A stretch of DNA of 61,892 nt, filler included, from Stramenopiles sp. TOSAG23-2 (lineage: Eukaryota): NCBI GenBank assembly GCA_900128395.1. It is 14 parts of 14 records of this genome, joined end to end, with 100 filler letters (N's around TTAATTAATTAA, not from the genome) between each part and the next. Parts side by side here need not be neighbours in the genome. Positions count along the whole stretch, not along the records: positions 1 to 4,355 come from LT650921.1; positions 4,456 to 8,804 come from LT650922.1; positions 8,905 to 13,251 come from LT650923.1; 11 more parts are not named here. One strand, 5' to 3'. The notes under the pieces were generated by a model that had not been told where the DNA came from, did no database searches, and was given only the letters and a program-made list of their open reading frames with translations. Positions 1-12,620 of the stretch are shown piece after piece. The translations under genes were made by a program, and so were the position numbers. Positions within the stretch are counted from its first letter, which is position 1; each line of letters opens with the position of its first letter.

Positions 1-270
1 GTATAAACATAGGAAATTATTTATATATATCTCATCACGAGAGTTCTCAATTCGTGAGCTATCGTATATGTATTGATATTTTTAATTTTTATTTCTACTC
101 ATGACAATTCGTATACTCTCCAAAGAATAACTTTAGAGTGTTTGAGCCAAAATATTTTTATTGAAAAATATCGTGTATCTCTCTCGCACTAAAATCAAAT
201 ACAGATGATGCATCATATAATAAAATATTATATATATACGGTTTATAATTGTACAAACCCCGTTTTCACA

Positions 271-1596
271 TTATGTACTTTCAGATAATTTAAATTCATC
301 AAAAAACATTCTTAATTCTGCACTATTACTTTTCCATAAAAATATATTATTACTATTCGTATTATTTGATTCAATAGTCACAATGTTTTCCACAGCTTCG
401 ATCATACCATTTGGTACTATTAAATGTATACCAACAGAAATATCAAATAAACAATTATTTTTCGTTTTTTTCAATGAATTATTATTATCTGATGAATTTT
501 GAAATAAGCGATCAAACATATCACTTTCTAATTGAAATGATTTTGAACGTACTAAACGAATGGTATTTTCTTTTATCTCAATTGTTTTTGTATCTTTATT
601 ACCTTCCGTGGTGTTTTTTGCTATCAAATTCAATTTAAAAATTGATTGACAAACATTTTTACAATAGTCTTTTACATTCATTTCCATATTACTAACCAGA
701 GATGTAAAAAATATAAACAAATTTGTATCCTTTTTTGTATTTATAGTCTCACGTTCGTTTTTACCATATGTATATGGTATGGCGGATAAAGCAGCATAAG
801 ATCCATTAATTTTTTCATTTATATTTTTCTTCACATCATCACTACCATATTCTGTCCATGATGGATCACCACGAATCTCAGGTGGAAGCTGGCCTAACAG
901 ATCAAATGCTGTTGTCCATGGTGGCAATTGCGACCAATGATTTCCACTGCCAGGTGTAAAATCATGTATATCACACCAACGATTTTGCCATTCATTTAAA
1001 CCAATTAACTGCATTTGATTGGATAAATTGAAATAAGACGAGTGAAAACAACCAAACTTCATATTTGTACTTTTTTCAATTACAGGTTCAGTTTGGCTGT
1101 ACAATAAAATTTTCATATTATGGCAATCACGAGTCCGCAACTGGCCGACTGCCATTACTGCGGAGCAGTTTTTGCTATCTCGTATGAAAAAACTACTTTC
1201 ACATGGTCCAATATAAAAGGTACATTTTTCACACTTATCGACCGTTATTGTTGATGTAAAATCTAACAACCAAAAGTGGCAGTTTTTACAATTATTTATG
1301 AGAAATTGAGTCCCTTCCAGCGTACCAGGTTTGCGAATGATCGTTTGATCGTTTTGATCACTGAGCGATACATGCTTCAACAACCATTGTCTCAAATCGC
1401 CTTCTTTATCAAAGGTTGGCCATTCTTTATTATTTGGTGCAGACCAAGTCTTATTGCCTTCTTTATCAAGACTTTGTTTATATGGTCCATATTTTGATAC
1501 TGCAGATTTGAATTTTTTCTTCTTTGTTTTTGGTTGTTCAGTCGCAGCACGTTTATTTGAATTACCCATGTTGTTATTCGATGCACATATACCCAT
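271..1596 (-). CDS. RP2: RP2/XRP2-like protein (TBCC/C-CAP domain, ARL3 GTPase-activating protein)
   Basis: N-terminal MGICAS acylation motif (G2, C4); TBCC beta-helix 'F.INNCKNC...TITVDKCEKC.FYIGPCESSFFIRDS'; arginine-finger motif GQLRTRDC and PVIEKS matching RP2 QQFRVRDC/PIIESS; 'W.DIHDFTP' motif. Confidence 0.85.
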   Translation of the reverse strand: MGICASNNNMGNSNKRAATEQPKTKKKKFKSAVSKYGPYKQSLDKEGNKTWSAPNNKEWPTFDKEGDLRQWLLKHVSLSDQNDQTIIRKPGTLEGTQFLINNCKNCHFWLLDFTSTITVDKCEKCTFYIGPCESSFFIRDSKNCSAVMAVGQLRTRDCHNMKILLYSQTEPVIEKSTNMKFGCFHSSYFNLSNQMQLIGLNEWQNRWCDIHDFTPGSGNHWSQLPPWTTAFDLLGQLPPEIRGDPSWTEYGSDDVKKNINEKINGSYAALSAIPYTYGKNERETINTKKDTNLFIFFTSLVSNMEMNVKDYCKNVCQSIFKLNLIAKNTTEGNKDTKTIEIKENTIRLVRSKSFQLESDMFDRLFQNSSDNNNSLKKTKNNCLFDISVGIHLIVPNGMIEAVENIVTIESNNTNSNNIFLWKSNSAELRMFFDEFKLSEST

Positions 1597-2093
1597 ATTC
1601 TATTCTTCCTATTGATCTTTGGCACGATCATATGTCTCTCTTTCTTGGTGGTATATATATATATATATATATACATATTCATTATTATACAATAGATATA
1701 TATACCAGGGAGTGGCCATATTTAATATTTTATTATTTTTATTATCTTTTATTTTTTTGAATTGTATAATTCTAATATAATACTGTAATAGCTATACAGT
1801 AGGAGGTATTAATAGTGCAATAGCAACTACTGCAACAATAATAATTATCTCTGTAGCACTGTACTTGTTCTATTATACAGAAATATTATTAGCTGAGCTG
1901 CTGAGCTGCTGAGCTACTGTGGTATTTATATAGCGATATAGCTATTAATATATGTACTGTAATAAGTAATAAGCCAGTTACCCCTGTATTAATAGTCGTC
2001 TTTGTACTATTCCTCTTCTCTCAACACCACCACCACACAACAAACACAATCCAAATGATATCAATGGCGTACGTAGGGCACAAGGCCCGGAAG

Positions 2094-2287
2094 AAGGCGC
2101 CAAAACTTCGAAAAATAATAGAAGTAAATAATGAGATATTTATGCATTATAAATAATCAAACTAAATTCTGTATATAGATATACAAATACAAGGCGCCAA
2201 AACTTCGAAAAATAATAGAAGTAAATAATGAGATATTTATGCATTATAAATAATCAAACTAAATTCTGTATATAGATATACAAATAC
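2094..2287. repeat. Exact tandem duplication, 2 x 97 bp
   Basis: aaggcgccaaaacttcg...atacaaatac starts at 2094 and again at 2191. Confidence 0.9.
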
Positions 2288-2327
2288 TAAATACGAACAC
2301 AAATAACAAAAAAGAATATTGCAAAAT

Positions 2328-2942
2328 ATGGAAATTGTAAACGAAGAGAAGAAGGAGAAAGCAGACGTCGTGGATATTGATTTTTTAACGCCTAAAATAT
2401 GTCCAAAAGTAAATAAACGACGAAATTATTTACCTTGGGAAGATTATTTTATGAATATTGCATATTTGTCGGCAATGCGTTCGAAAGACCCTTCAACACA
2501 AGTTGGAGCATGTATTGTAAATCCAGATAAACGTATTGTGGCAATAGGATACAACGGTTTCCCGCGTGGAATATCGGATGACAATTTTCCATGGGCAAGA
2601 AAAGCGGATGATCCATTGGATACGAAATATCCATATGTATGCCACGCTGAAATGAACGCAATAATGAACAAAAATTCTGAGAGTTTGAAAAACTGTGATA
2701 TGTATGTTACATTGTTCCCATGCAACGAGTGCGCCAAATTGATTATCCAAAGTGGCATTAAACGCGTAATGTACGCATCTGATAAATATTCTCAATACAT
2801 GGCTTCAAAAGCGTCTAAGCGAATGTTTGATGCAGTAGGTGTTGAGTATGTACATTGTGATAGCAACTTAATTGTTAAATCCAATCCTAGTGTTGAAGAA
2901 CAAGCAACTCAGGTTAGTGTTGCAAACACGCCATCAAAATAG
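2328..2942 (+). CDS. DCTD: dCMP deaminase
   Basis: [34 protein letters not shown], zinc motifs CHAEMNA and PCNEC; first ATG at 2328. Confidence 0.95.
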   Translation: MEIVNEEKKEKADVVDIDFLTPKICPKVNKRRNYLPWEDYFMNIAYLSAMRSKDPSTQVGACIVNPDKRIVAIGYNGFPRGISDDNFPWARKADDPLDTKYPYVCHAEMNAIMNKNSESLKNCDMYVTLFPCNECAKLIIQSGIKRVMYASDKYSQYMASKASKRMFDAVGVEYVHCDSNLIVKSNPSVEEQATQVSVANTPSK

Positions 2943-3142
2943 AATTTAAAAAAAAAAAACTAAAATACGTTCGTGTATTTAATAAGATGTGATGGTTAAG
3001 TGATAGCAACTTAATTGTTAAATCCAATCCTAGTGTTGAAGAACAAGCAACTCAGGTTAGTGTTGCAAACACGCCATCAAAATAGAATTTAAAAAAAAAA
3101 AACTAAAATACGTTCGTGTATTTAATAAGATGTGATGGTTAA
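2857..3142. repeat. Exact tandem duplication, 2 x 143 bp (3' end of DCTD plus UTR)
   Basis: gtgatagcaacttaattg... starts at 2857 and 3000. Confidence 0.9.
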
Positions 3143-3467
3143 AAATACACAGCGGGGAGTATATATTAATTAATATATATAATTATATTATCATATTTGA
3201 TGTTTTTTTATTCGCGTACAAAAATTTATATAATACATCTCATCGTATTTATACATAATATTCGCGTAAATATTAATCGAAATATTAAAAAAAATTATCA
3301 TATATGCATAATATTATGACATATCATATCATATTATTCTCATACATACTCATTATATATCATTATTTAATATCATACGTGCATACGTCGTATTAAAAAA
3401 ATATACGAAGTAATATTATAAATTTCTTTTTACTCCCGGAAATTAACATCTCAAATCAAAAATGATT

Positions 3468-3633
3468 TAAATATGTATATATATATATATATATTGTAAA
3501 TACATAAGTGGTATGATATCATATTCCATAATATGCACATATGAATAATATAAATATGTATATATATATATATATATTGTAAATACATAAGTGGTATGAT
3601 ATCATATTCCATAATATGCACATATGAATAATA
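3468..3633. repeat. Tandem duplication, 2 x 83 bp
   Basis: taaatatgtatatat...gaataata starts at 3468 and 3551. Confidence 0.85.
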
Positions 3634-3645
3634 AGATTTAAAAAC

Positions 3646-4355
3646 TTATTTCACATTTAACATCAATCCGACACCTTGCAATGTCCATTTCGATTCGTGC
3701 TCCATGGTCCTTAAATGTGCATTGAAAACCCATCCTACACCCATCGCATTACGTCTATTTTGTGTGACATAAACAGGAGTTTCAAATACATTGATGAATT
3801 TCACACGGTTAGCCTCTTTTGGTTCTACCATTAATAGTGGTAAATCTACGACTAAAACTTTAGGATCTTGTAAACGCAAACAATTGTTTTCAAAATCCCA
3901 TGCAGCACCTTCTAAATATAATCCAGATACATACGTACCATCATCCAATGCCTCCGTTACTTCCTCAGCGTTTACCATTCCAGTAACACGAGTAGCAAAA
4001 GTTGATTTATCTAAAGCCCAATTCTTTCTACGACAAGTAGTTTGGATCAACGCAGTTAAATATGACTCTGGGACGTGAAGTCCAGCTAACCACATGACGT
4101 ATGGTTCACCTTCTTCAATCCACTTGTTGTATTGTTCCATGCGACTTACGAAATGATCCATCCAACCACCTAGCGCTTTCTGTGTATCAGGTACGTATCG
4201 TCTAAACATAAATGGCAAATAGCCATTAAATAAATCAGATCCTAACCTATCTAACTCATCTGACATACCTATCTCACCAACTAGGGCTTTTTGTAAATCA
4301 GACAATTTCCTTGCCATGATATTTACAAGAATATTCCATCGTTCTAATTCTTGTA
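3646..4355 (-). CDS. DNAH10: Axonemal dynein heavy chain C-terminal domain, DNAH10/inner-arm I1-alpha type (5' truncated by contig edge)
   Basis: Frame open to the contig edge (QELERWNIL...); WLAGLHVPESYLTALIQ, GLYLEGAAWD, PVYVTQNRRNAMGVG, W.LQGVGL motifs. Confidence 0.85.
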
Positions 4356-4455
4356 NNNNNNNNNNNNNNNNNNNNNNNNNNNNNNNNNNNNNNNNNNNNT
4401 TAATTAATTAANNNNNNNNNNNNNNNNNNNNNNNNNNNNNNNNNNNNNNNNNNNN
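4356..4455. other. Artificial contig linker (first of 13)
   Basis: N44-TTAATTAATTAA-N44 (stops in all six frames) at 4356, 8805, 13252, 17699, 22142, 26581, 31013, 35445, 39869, 44278, 48686, 53094 and 57497, each 100 bp; contig lengths never increase along the window. Confidence 0.98.
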
Positions 4456-4753
4456 TTGTTCTTGGCAGTGCCTTAAATTGGTCAGCACACTATGGAATCC
4501 CACGGGCTTTAATACTATAACTACCGGATGGATAGACGACTAAAAACTAAATGAGTCATCTACATAGATGGATATCGTAAGAGTGAGAGTGATAGATAAA
4601 TTCAACAAGAATAAATACAATTAAATATTAGCAAATCAATAAATATGATAATTTAATACATTGTATCATTTACCCCCTCCCTTGCCCATCAAAATATAAT
4701 ATCTATCTTGAAAGAATAAAAAATAAGTGCGTGTATATATATACAATATAATA

Positions 4754-4999
4754 ATGATTGTTTTATTAAATAAAGAGAGGGATGCTATGATAGCATTGAT
4801 ATTAACGGCGCTGATATGTGTTGGAATTTGTATATTATGGTGTCTTTTAAAAGCAGTTTTTGGTGATCATGTTGTTGGATTGCCACCAGAACAAACTATT
4901 TCATTTGAGGATGACGATGATCAAGCAGCGTTAGAACTGTCTTATAGTGATGGGAGTCCTGTGAAAGGTAACTCTTATAAATATTATGAAAAAGAATAA
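4754..4999 (+). CDS. Small single-pass membrane protein, unknown function
   Basis: ATG at 4754, hydrophobic helix IALILTALICVGICILWCLL, acidic tail; no family recognised. Confidence 0.5.
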   Translation: MIVLLNKERDAMIALILTALICVGICILWCLLKAVFGDHVVGLPPEQTISFEDDDDQAALELSYSDGSPVKGNSYKYYEKE

Positions 5000-5306
5000 T
5001 AATTAAGATCCTTTGCTCCCGTGTCTTTAACTCTTTATCTTTTTTTGTGGATGTTGTGTTTTAGAGCACAACACATGAAATAAAAATAAAATGTACAATG
5101 ATGTATATATATATTATAAATATAATATAATATTTTAATACCAAATGAATGCTGTGTGTATTTTATTCCATAAATTTTAAATTATTCGTGTGTGTATATA
5201 AATAGACACACCCCTTTTGTTGTATTTTTACAATATCTGATGAATGTCACATGTATCATATTATTATTCCAACATTCCAACACCTTATTTTACAAAAGAT
5301 CTCTCT

Positions 5307-6424
5307 CTATTCACTATTTGTTCTTTTTCTGCCTGGCATTCCACCTTGTACAACAAACAGTTGAAAAGTACCAAAATCAAAATAAAATGTTGCATAATAT
5401 AAAACTAAACTTCCAATAGAACCATATTGTGTGTATACCTGTACATGTAAGATAGATACGTCGAATATAAATATTAAAAAATTAAAGTACATATATGTGT
5501 TTGTGTTGTTAGTTTTGAAAGCTTTAATATTACTACATTATATACTTACTCTATACTGATGATATTCCGGTTGTTCACTATAATCATTAAAATCTTTTAT
5601 CAGGTATGCACTAACTGGTAAATACAAAATTGTAAATACAATATACATAATGCATATAACAATTTTATATTTAACTGATGTTGGTAATGACATCCATCTT
5701 GATGTTTGCAAACGTATTAATTCCTTTGTTGGATATCTTGTTGCTTTTTCGAAATCTAATAATTTGATATACAAATTAGTAATTAACGATACATATACTA
5801 ATGATGTAAGGAAAAATACACATACAAAATATAAATGGATCCTTGGCGTGCGTGTTGTATCAAAGCAACCTGCCGCACCAAGCGATGGTGCACCGATTAA
5901 ACCACACAAAGCACAAAATATATTTCGTTTATATCCATTTGGAGCTCCAACTAATGCTAAATTATTTTTAATTTTCCCATAATTTAATATAACAACACAA
6001 AAAATTAAAACAGATGTTAACACTAAACCAAGTGCCATGCAACCAGCTGCTGGTTGGGTACTTGCCAAGTCACTTACATACGGAAACGTCAATACCGTTT
6101 TAACACCATATCTATTACATAAATAATAACTTATGACAAATGTAGATAATATAGCTTCTACTGCTCAAGTGCCATGCAACCAGCTGCTGGTTGGGTACTT
6201 GCCAAGTCACTTACATACGGAAACGTCAATACCGTTTTAACACCATATCTATTACATAAATAATAACTTATGACAAATGTAGATAATATAGCTTCTACTG
6301 CTAATGCTGGTATGAAACGTGACGGGAAATCTATTGCAATAGGCCTCGTACCTTTCCCAATTAAAGGTGGGGGTGCAGTTGCTGTAACTGCAGATAGGCG
6401 AACTGCGCTCCAAGTTCGTTGCAT
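5307..6424 (-). CDS. Frag1/DRAM/Sfk1 (TMEM150-like) multi-pass membrane protein, two exons
   Basis: FPYVSDLA motif after TM1, His in 'RIHLYF'; phase-0 GT-AG intron 5549-5439 (GTAAGT...TACAG) joins the last helix VYTQYGSIGSLVLYYATFYFDF; frame broken by a 137-bp tandem duplication. Confidence 0.75.
6029..6302. repeat. Tandem duplication, 2 x 137 bp, frameshifting the DRAM-like gene
   Basis: caagtgccatgcaacc... starts at 6029 and 6166. Confidence 0.9.
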
Positions 6425-6838
6425 TTTTTTTTTACTTTTAATATATATATATATATATATGTAGATAGATATAAATGTGTGTGTGTGTGTGTGCCTCTCT
6501 CTCTTTCTATTTATATATAAATATGTCTGTCTCTCTCTCTCTATACATATATCTATGTCTCTCTTCTATCTTTATATGTATATCTTTATGCAGTTAAATT
6601 CATTCATTTTTGCTTTTTTTTGCACTTTTTACTCGTGTTTTGTTGTTTGTGTATACGACTATATAGCTTAATAGTATACAGTGTCAATATTAATACTTGT
6701 TACAATAAGAATATTATATACCTATATATATAAAATTCCCCCATCAGAATTGTATTGATATTTTGGTATTAGGTTGAATCTATTTTAATAATAATATTTT
6801 TATATATATAAACTTTTTTCAGCACAATCTATCTATAC

Positions 6839-7160
6839 GATTATCATTTCATTTTTGCTAAGACTTTTCCAAATGCACGTGCTACATCACTACTCCAAAC
6901 ATCTTGCGATTCATCGTCTTCATGACGTAACAACGAGACACGTTTGGACGATGCTATGGATATTAACTCTTCCTTCTCAACTTTTAATTCTGGTGTTTTT
7001 GATTATCATTTCATTTTTGCTAAGACTTTTCCAAATGCACGTGCTACATCACTATTCCAAACATCTTGCGATTCATCGTCTTCATGACGTAACAACGAGA
7101 CACGTTTGGACGATGCTATGGATATTAACTCTTCCTTCTCAACTTTTAATTCTGGTGTTT
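6839..7160. repeat. Tandem duplication, 2 x ~162 bp, with one substitution
   Basis: gattatcatttcatttttgc starts at 6839 and 7001; tactcc vs tattcc difference. Confidence 0.85.
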
Positions 7161-8804
7161 TTATTATTAATTTCAACATGGAGTTAAAAGTTTCCACTAA
7201 TGCTATACTTGTTTTTGCTTCATAAATACGCTTTTCTAGTTGATCCCATTCTTGATGAATGGTTTCATCAAGGTGTACACTTATCCCAACCGCATTTAGT
7301 TCAATGTCACCATTTCCAGCAAATTGCCTTTCATTAATTGTCCCATCTGTTCCTATATTTGCTATAATAGATTTTTTGCCTTTAAACAAGGAAGATGATC
7401 TAAATCTTGCTTGAATATTAGGATTGCTAGTTAACTTAACCATATCATCGTGAAACTCAACATTTGCTTTTTTTTGAAGATATATTCTATATCGATAAGA
7501 AATATATGTGAATATTAAACACATAGATAAAATGACAAGCAACACAATTATTGTAGTAATAACTGGATCTGGTTGGCAACCTATATTGAGACCTTCCTCA
7601 TCTTCAAATGGAATATATCCAGACAAACATTTTTGACATTCAGTTTGTCCTTCCATCGATTGATATTTTTTTTCACATTTTTGACATTCAGTTTGTCCTT
7701 CCATCGATTGATATTTTCCAGCACTACATAATTCACAACTACCATCAGGCATTGACATTTTGCCAGCTGGACAATTTTCGCAAATTTCTTTAATTGTATC
7801 ATTACGTTCATGCAATATAGAAGTATAATAGTGCGACTGTGTTGGCACTACATAATTCACAACTACCATCAGGCATTGACATTTTGCCAGCTGGACAATT
7901 TTCGCAAATTTCTTTAATTGTATCATTACGTTCATGCAATATAGAAGTATAATAGTGCGACTGTGTTGATAAAAATATATTTCTTTTGTACATCCCAGTT
8001 GGACAAGTCGTTACACATGCTTGAGCCATATTTCTATTCACAACGTTTCCTTTTGTAGAGCCACGTTTCGCACTACATAATTCACAACTACCATCAGGCA
8101 TTGACATTTTGCCAGCTGGACAATCTTCGCAAATTTCTTTAATTGTATCATTACGTTCATGCGATATAGAAGTATAATAATGCGATTGTGTTGATAAAAA
8201 TATATTTCTTTTGTACATCCCAGTTGGACAAGTCTTTACACATGCTTGAGCCATATTTCTATTCACAACGTTTCCTTTTGTAGAGCCACGTTTCTTTTGT
8301 GGGAGCCCGACCTTCCCGTTAGGACATAGTGCACACACTGCGTTACTATAATACAATCGAATACCTGGGAAAGATTTTGATACAAAGCAAGAATCTACAA
8401 GATCTGCGGGGCAATCAGTCAATGCGACTTCAACAATTCCATATGTACCAACAGGGCAAGCAAAACAATCAGCTGGTACACGACATGAACAAGCAGTACT
8501 AATATCATTTTTCCCAACTTCAAAACCTACACGGCCTTCCGGACATTCCTTACAAGCTTGTAACATTTCAATCCTGCTACTGTCATAACGTTCATTATAA
8601 CGACCAGCGGGACAGTTCAGACATTCTTGACCATATTTTCCAGCCTGACATGAAGTGCATGATGTCGAACATACGCCTAAGCTTGATTTACTAAACTGTT
8701 TCGTGTTTTGGATTTGAGGTTCATTCCATATATATTCCCACTTTTTACTATCAAAACCAGAATTTTGCCTGCACAAACATGAAGTACCATCATAACCACA
8801 GCCA
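7006..8804 (-). CDS. Cys-rich type I membrane protein with ephrin-receptor-like (GCC2/GCC3) repeats; 5' truncated and frameshifted by duplication
   Basis: Repeated C..CPAG(K/R)Y units, TM helix IITTIIVLLVILSMCLIFTYI; internal duplications of 48, 124 and 225 bp (7627-8290). Confidence 0.7.
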
Positions 8805-8955
8805 NNNNNNNNNNNNNNNNNNNNNNNNNNNNNNNNNNNNNNNNNNNNTTAATTAATTAANNNNNNNNNNNNNNNNNNNNNNNNNNNNNNNNNNNNNNNN
8901 NNNNAAAGAATGATCGAGTCAAATCGATTGATTTTGGCAAAAGAAAATGAAATGA

Positions 8956-11900
8956 CGGATCAATAAGCTACAAAATTTTATAGTTGAAGGTGAAGAATTT
9001 ACTCAACAAGTCCATTTTATGACAAGTGTGTTTTTGAAGAATGTCGGTGATTACGGAAGCGGAATTTTTACTGAAGACCGATATAGTGTATATGTAAAAA
9101 ATTGCAATTTTACGAAGAACGAGGCAAATAAAATTGGTGGCGCAATCTATGTGCGTAACAATGGGATTGTAGAAATTTATGCATCGCATTTCTTAAACAA
9201 CTATGCGGCCATGTATGGTGGCGCAATTGGTGTCGAAAAGTCAGCTGTGATAATAGCACATAATCCTAGTCAGAGCCAACTAGATGCAAATTATTTTTTG
9301 CACAATAAAGCAAAACGTTTTGGTGGAGGAATATATTTAAATAATGATGGGAAACGGTTAGATAGATCATTCAAGGAAAAAAATGCATTGAAAATTTACA
9401 ATAACGCTGCAAAAGAAGGCGGTGGAATATATATTTCAAAAGAAAGTGGAATGATGAGGGAATTTCATTATTCTAACTTCCCAAAAGAAAATCTCGCGGT
9501 AAACGGCTCAAATGTAATGGCATTTGAAAAAGTTGAGATTATTTGTGAAGCGTCAAGGTACTATCCCACAAAAACGTTTCACGATGGCATCTCAATATTT
9601 ATGTGGAACGATGCGTTGGTACTGAATCAAATTTTATGCCCAAATTGTGCAGACGGTAAAAATTCAAAGGAAGGTGACGTTGATTGTAAACTATGCGAGC
9701 CTGGGAAAGCTGGAATAAACGGTTACTGTGAAGATTGTGCAGTCAATACATATCAAGATTATCCTGGAGCTACTACTTGCAAACAATGTGCAGACGGACA
9801 GTACCAGGACGAAGCTGGAGCAGACATGTGCAAGATAGCACTACTTTCTTGCCAACCAGGAAAGCCAGCGATTTCTTTAAGTGACCCTGGTGCGGTCAAA
9901 AAATTGTCGCTTTATAATATCACCATTTCATGGGAAAATTGTAATATGAACGATGGTTACGAACTGGAAATTTCAAGTCATCGTAGTTTTCTTGAAAAAG
10001 GCGAAGATTTATATAAAATAAAAATAGAAGGTAGTGATAGTAAATCAATTTCAATTCAATTGAATCAAAGTCGACTTTCAGATAAACAATATTTTGCTCG
10101 TATACGAAGTTATAACAACACGTACCTTGCTAGGAGCAAATGGTCCGTTGTTTCTGACGATTACGTGAGTGCAGACAAATGCAGTATTAACGAATATTTA
10201 AAAATGTCTAGTTTAGATCCCGTTAATTGGAAATGTGAAAAATGTATGGAAGGTGCTACATGTGATTTAAAATACAATAAGGAAAAATATGCATTGATTG
10301 CAATAATTCAACCCCCAAGTAGTAATAAATTTATTATAAATGGGATAAAATCGAAATTTGGATATTGGCGATCAAATAAAAATAATACTTATCATTTTAC
10401 GAAATGTTTCTTTGAAGCAGCATGTTTAGGTGCACCAAACCAAAATTTAAAAGCAAAATATGTAGATGAGGATAACATCGATCCAGCTTTGATAAATCAT
10501 CCTGAGATGTGTAACGTTGATGCTGGATATGAGGAATATTGTTCGTTTCCAATGCAAAGTGGAGGAGAAATGGATGCACGTTGTCGGTTATGTACATCGT
10601 GCTCTGAAGATTTTCGTAGAGGATATGCAAGCCCAAAATGTAAACGATGCCCTGAACATAATTTTATTTGGGTCTTGGTGGCTTTTATTCTAATGATATT
10701 TGTATTTGCAATAATACTTCGTCTTGAATTATCAGCTAGTGGCAGAAAAAAACATTCCAGCCATAAAAGGCGGATGGTGCTGAGTTATATGCAAATGAAT
10801 ACACTATTGGCATCTATTGGTATCAATTGGCCAAAAGAAATGTTGATCATGTTTGATATTCAAAGCTCAATAAGCACAGTCGGTGATCACGTTTTAAAAA
10901 TCGATTGTATAATTCCAAATGCACGTCCCCAATGGCTTGTGTTAAATAGCAGCTAGGCTACGCTCTTGCGCCGTTTATTGCTGTAATATTATTATATTTA
11001 TTAATGCCTTGTTGTACTTATAAAATGGGTAAAAGGCTTAGTTTACGTGGCATTCAGACGAGGAAGAATCTAACAATAAAAGCTTTGGTATTACTTCTGT
11101 ATATGTCTTATCCATCGTTGGCACGGCAAGCGTTTGTACTTTGGAATTGCATTAGTATAAAAGGCCAGTGTATGAACGATGCAGATAATTCAGTGGCTAG
11201 TAATATTGGGAAATACGTATGCGATGCTAAGGAAGGGTACACTTGGGCTGCAGATGCTAGTAATTATTGGGGTGATTATTTATTTATGGCACCCGAGTTA
11301 AAATGTTGGGAAGGAGATCACGCATTATATTTCTACGCTGTTGGAGTTCCTCATGTTGTTCTATATGTTTTAGGATTGCCAATTATTGCCGGCGTAATTA
11401 TATATACGAGATTTAAAGTGGTGGTGGCAACTTGTCATTGCTTATACAAAGGCCGTAGTGGTATTCATTTCTTATTGGTGGGCTGGAACGCCAATCATGG
11501 CGATGCTATTTTCTAATTTAGTTTTTACTATTTTATTATTAGCTGAAACAATTCAAAGGCCATGGGCAGTCACTGAGCAAAAACAAAAACAAGAGAACGA
11601 TAACATGAATATGATTAAGCGTCGGAGAACTAGCATAGTAAATATTGTAAAACAATCGATCGAAGCTACAATGAGCGAAACAAACCTTTCTCAATTTAGC
11701 TCGCTATCTACATTTTTGTGCTCTCTTACTGGTTGGAGTGGATTGTATTTCCATTTATCTCCACAATGCAATGCAGAGAGTGGTTTTATATGGATTTGCT
11801 TGCTAATAACGATTATGACAGTTACCCTTCATATTTTTTTTGTTGTTTGGGCAATTAAAAATATCGTTATAACTAAAATGAGAGAAATGAACTTAGATCA

Positions 11901-12078
11901 TTGGATTTGTGGTAATAGAATGAAACAAAAACAGAAAAAAAAACGGAAAGAACAAGAAGTTCAAATAGAAATAAGTAAAAAAAGTAGAAAACATAGTTTG
12001 TCAAATGTAGAACATGTTGCAGATGAGATCCATACACATACAACGGAGAATGATGTAGAAGTAGAAATTTTATTATAA
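8956..12078 (+). pseudogene. Large surface receptor-like protein (GGAI beta-helix repeats, Cys-rich repeats, FN3-like domain, multi-TM C-terminus) with two frame disruptions
   Basis: GGAIY/GGGIY repeats, C..C.PG repeats, 'ITISW...YELEIS...YFARIRS' FN3-like strands, GYWRS, LL.YMSYPSL TM motif; apparent 1-bp deletion near 10946 and an apparent deletion plus frameshift near 11413. Confidence 0.65.
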
Positions 12079-12331
12079 CTTATACCAGGTAGATTTTAAC
12101 CATATCATATATATATATATACATTAGAAAAAATAAAAACAATGTCATAAAAGACAATACAAAGAGATACAAAAAAAACAACAAAAAAAATCCTATTACA
12201 AGAATGGCTTTCTTCTGAACAACTTCCCCCCCCCCCCCCCCCCCCCCAATCTGGGCAATCCAAGCAATCTAAATCCAACACAACAAAGATTATAGATACT
12301 CATAATTTATATTATATCCCTAGGGGTCCGC

Positions 12332-12620
12332 CAAACTTGGTGCATATGCACCAAGTTTGATTTTTGCCTATCATGTTTATACTTGGCCTATCAAGTGCAT
12401 ACGTATTCTCTGCTATCAATGCTATTTGCCTTACAGACTGGTGATGTACCTGCTATCTTCACTTTACAATGATATTTAATGGTGTGTTCAAACCTATCAA
12501 GTGCATACGTATTCTCTGCTATCAATGCTATTTGCCTTACATCCTGTTGATGTACCTATCTTCACGTTACAATGATATTCAATGGTGTGTTCAAACTTGG
12601 TGCATATGCACCAAGTTTGA
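12332..12620. repeat. Two perfect palindromes (28 and 30 bp) flanking two diverged ~105-bp direct repeats
   Basis: caaacttggtgcatatgcaccaagtttg at 12332-12359 and within 12591-12620; cctatcaagtgcatacgtattctc... units start near 12388 and 12494. Confidence 0.85.

Noticed and set aside
411-1760. Short antisense or overlapping ORFs and F/Y/I/C-rich ORFs here and throughout (e.g. 22256-22516, 44816-45147, 47410-47823)
   Set aside because: Shadows of real genes or translations of AT/GT microsatellites, many starting at TTG/GTG; no motif support.
4400-4411. Regularly spaced TTAATTAATTAA motif every ~4.4 kb
   Set aside because: Synthetic six-frame-stop linker between N runs, not biological; cross-contig gene clusters are likewise meaningless.
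10940-10960. Programmed frameshift or stop-codon reassignment
   Set aside because: No slippery site; conserved genes end normally in TAA, TAG and TGA, so the standard code fits; a simple indel explains the break.
12226-12247. ~22-nt C homopolymer as a telomere or G-quadruplex element
   Set aside because: A single homopolymer with no telomeric repeat unit; such runs are common sequencing or assembly artefacts.
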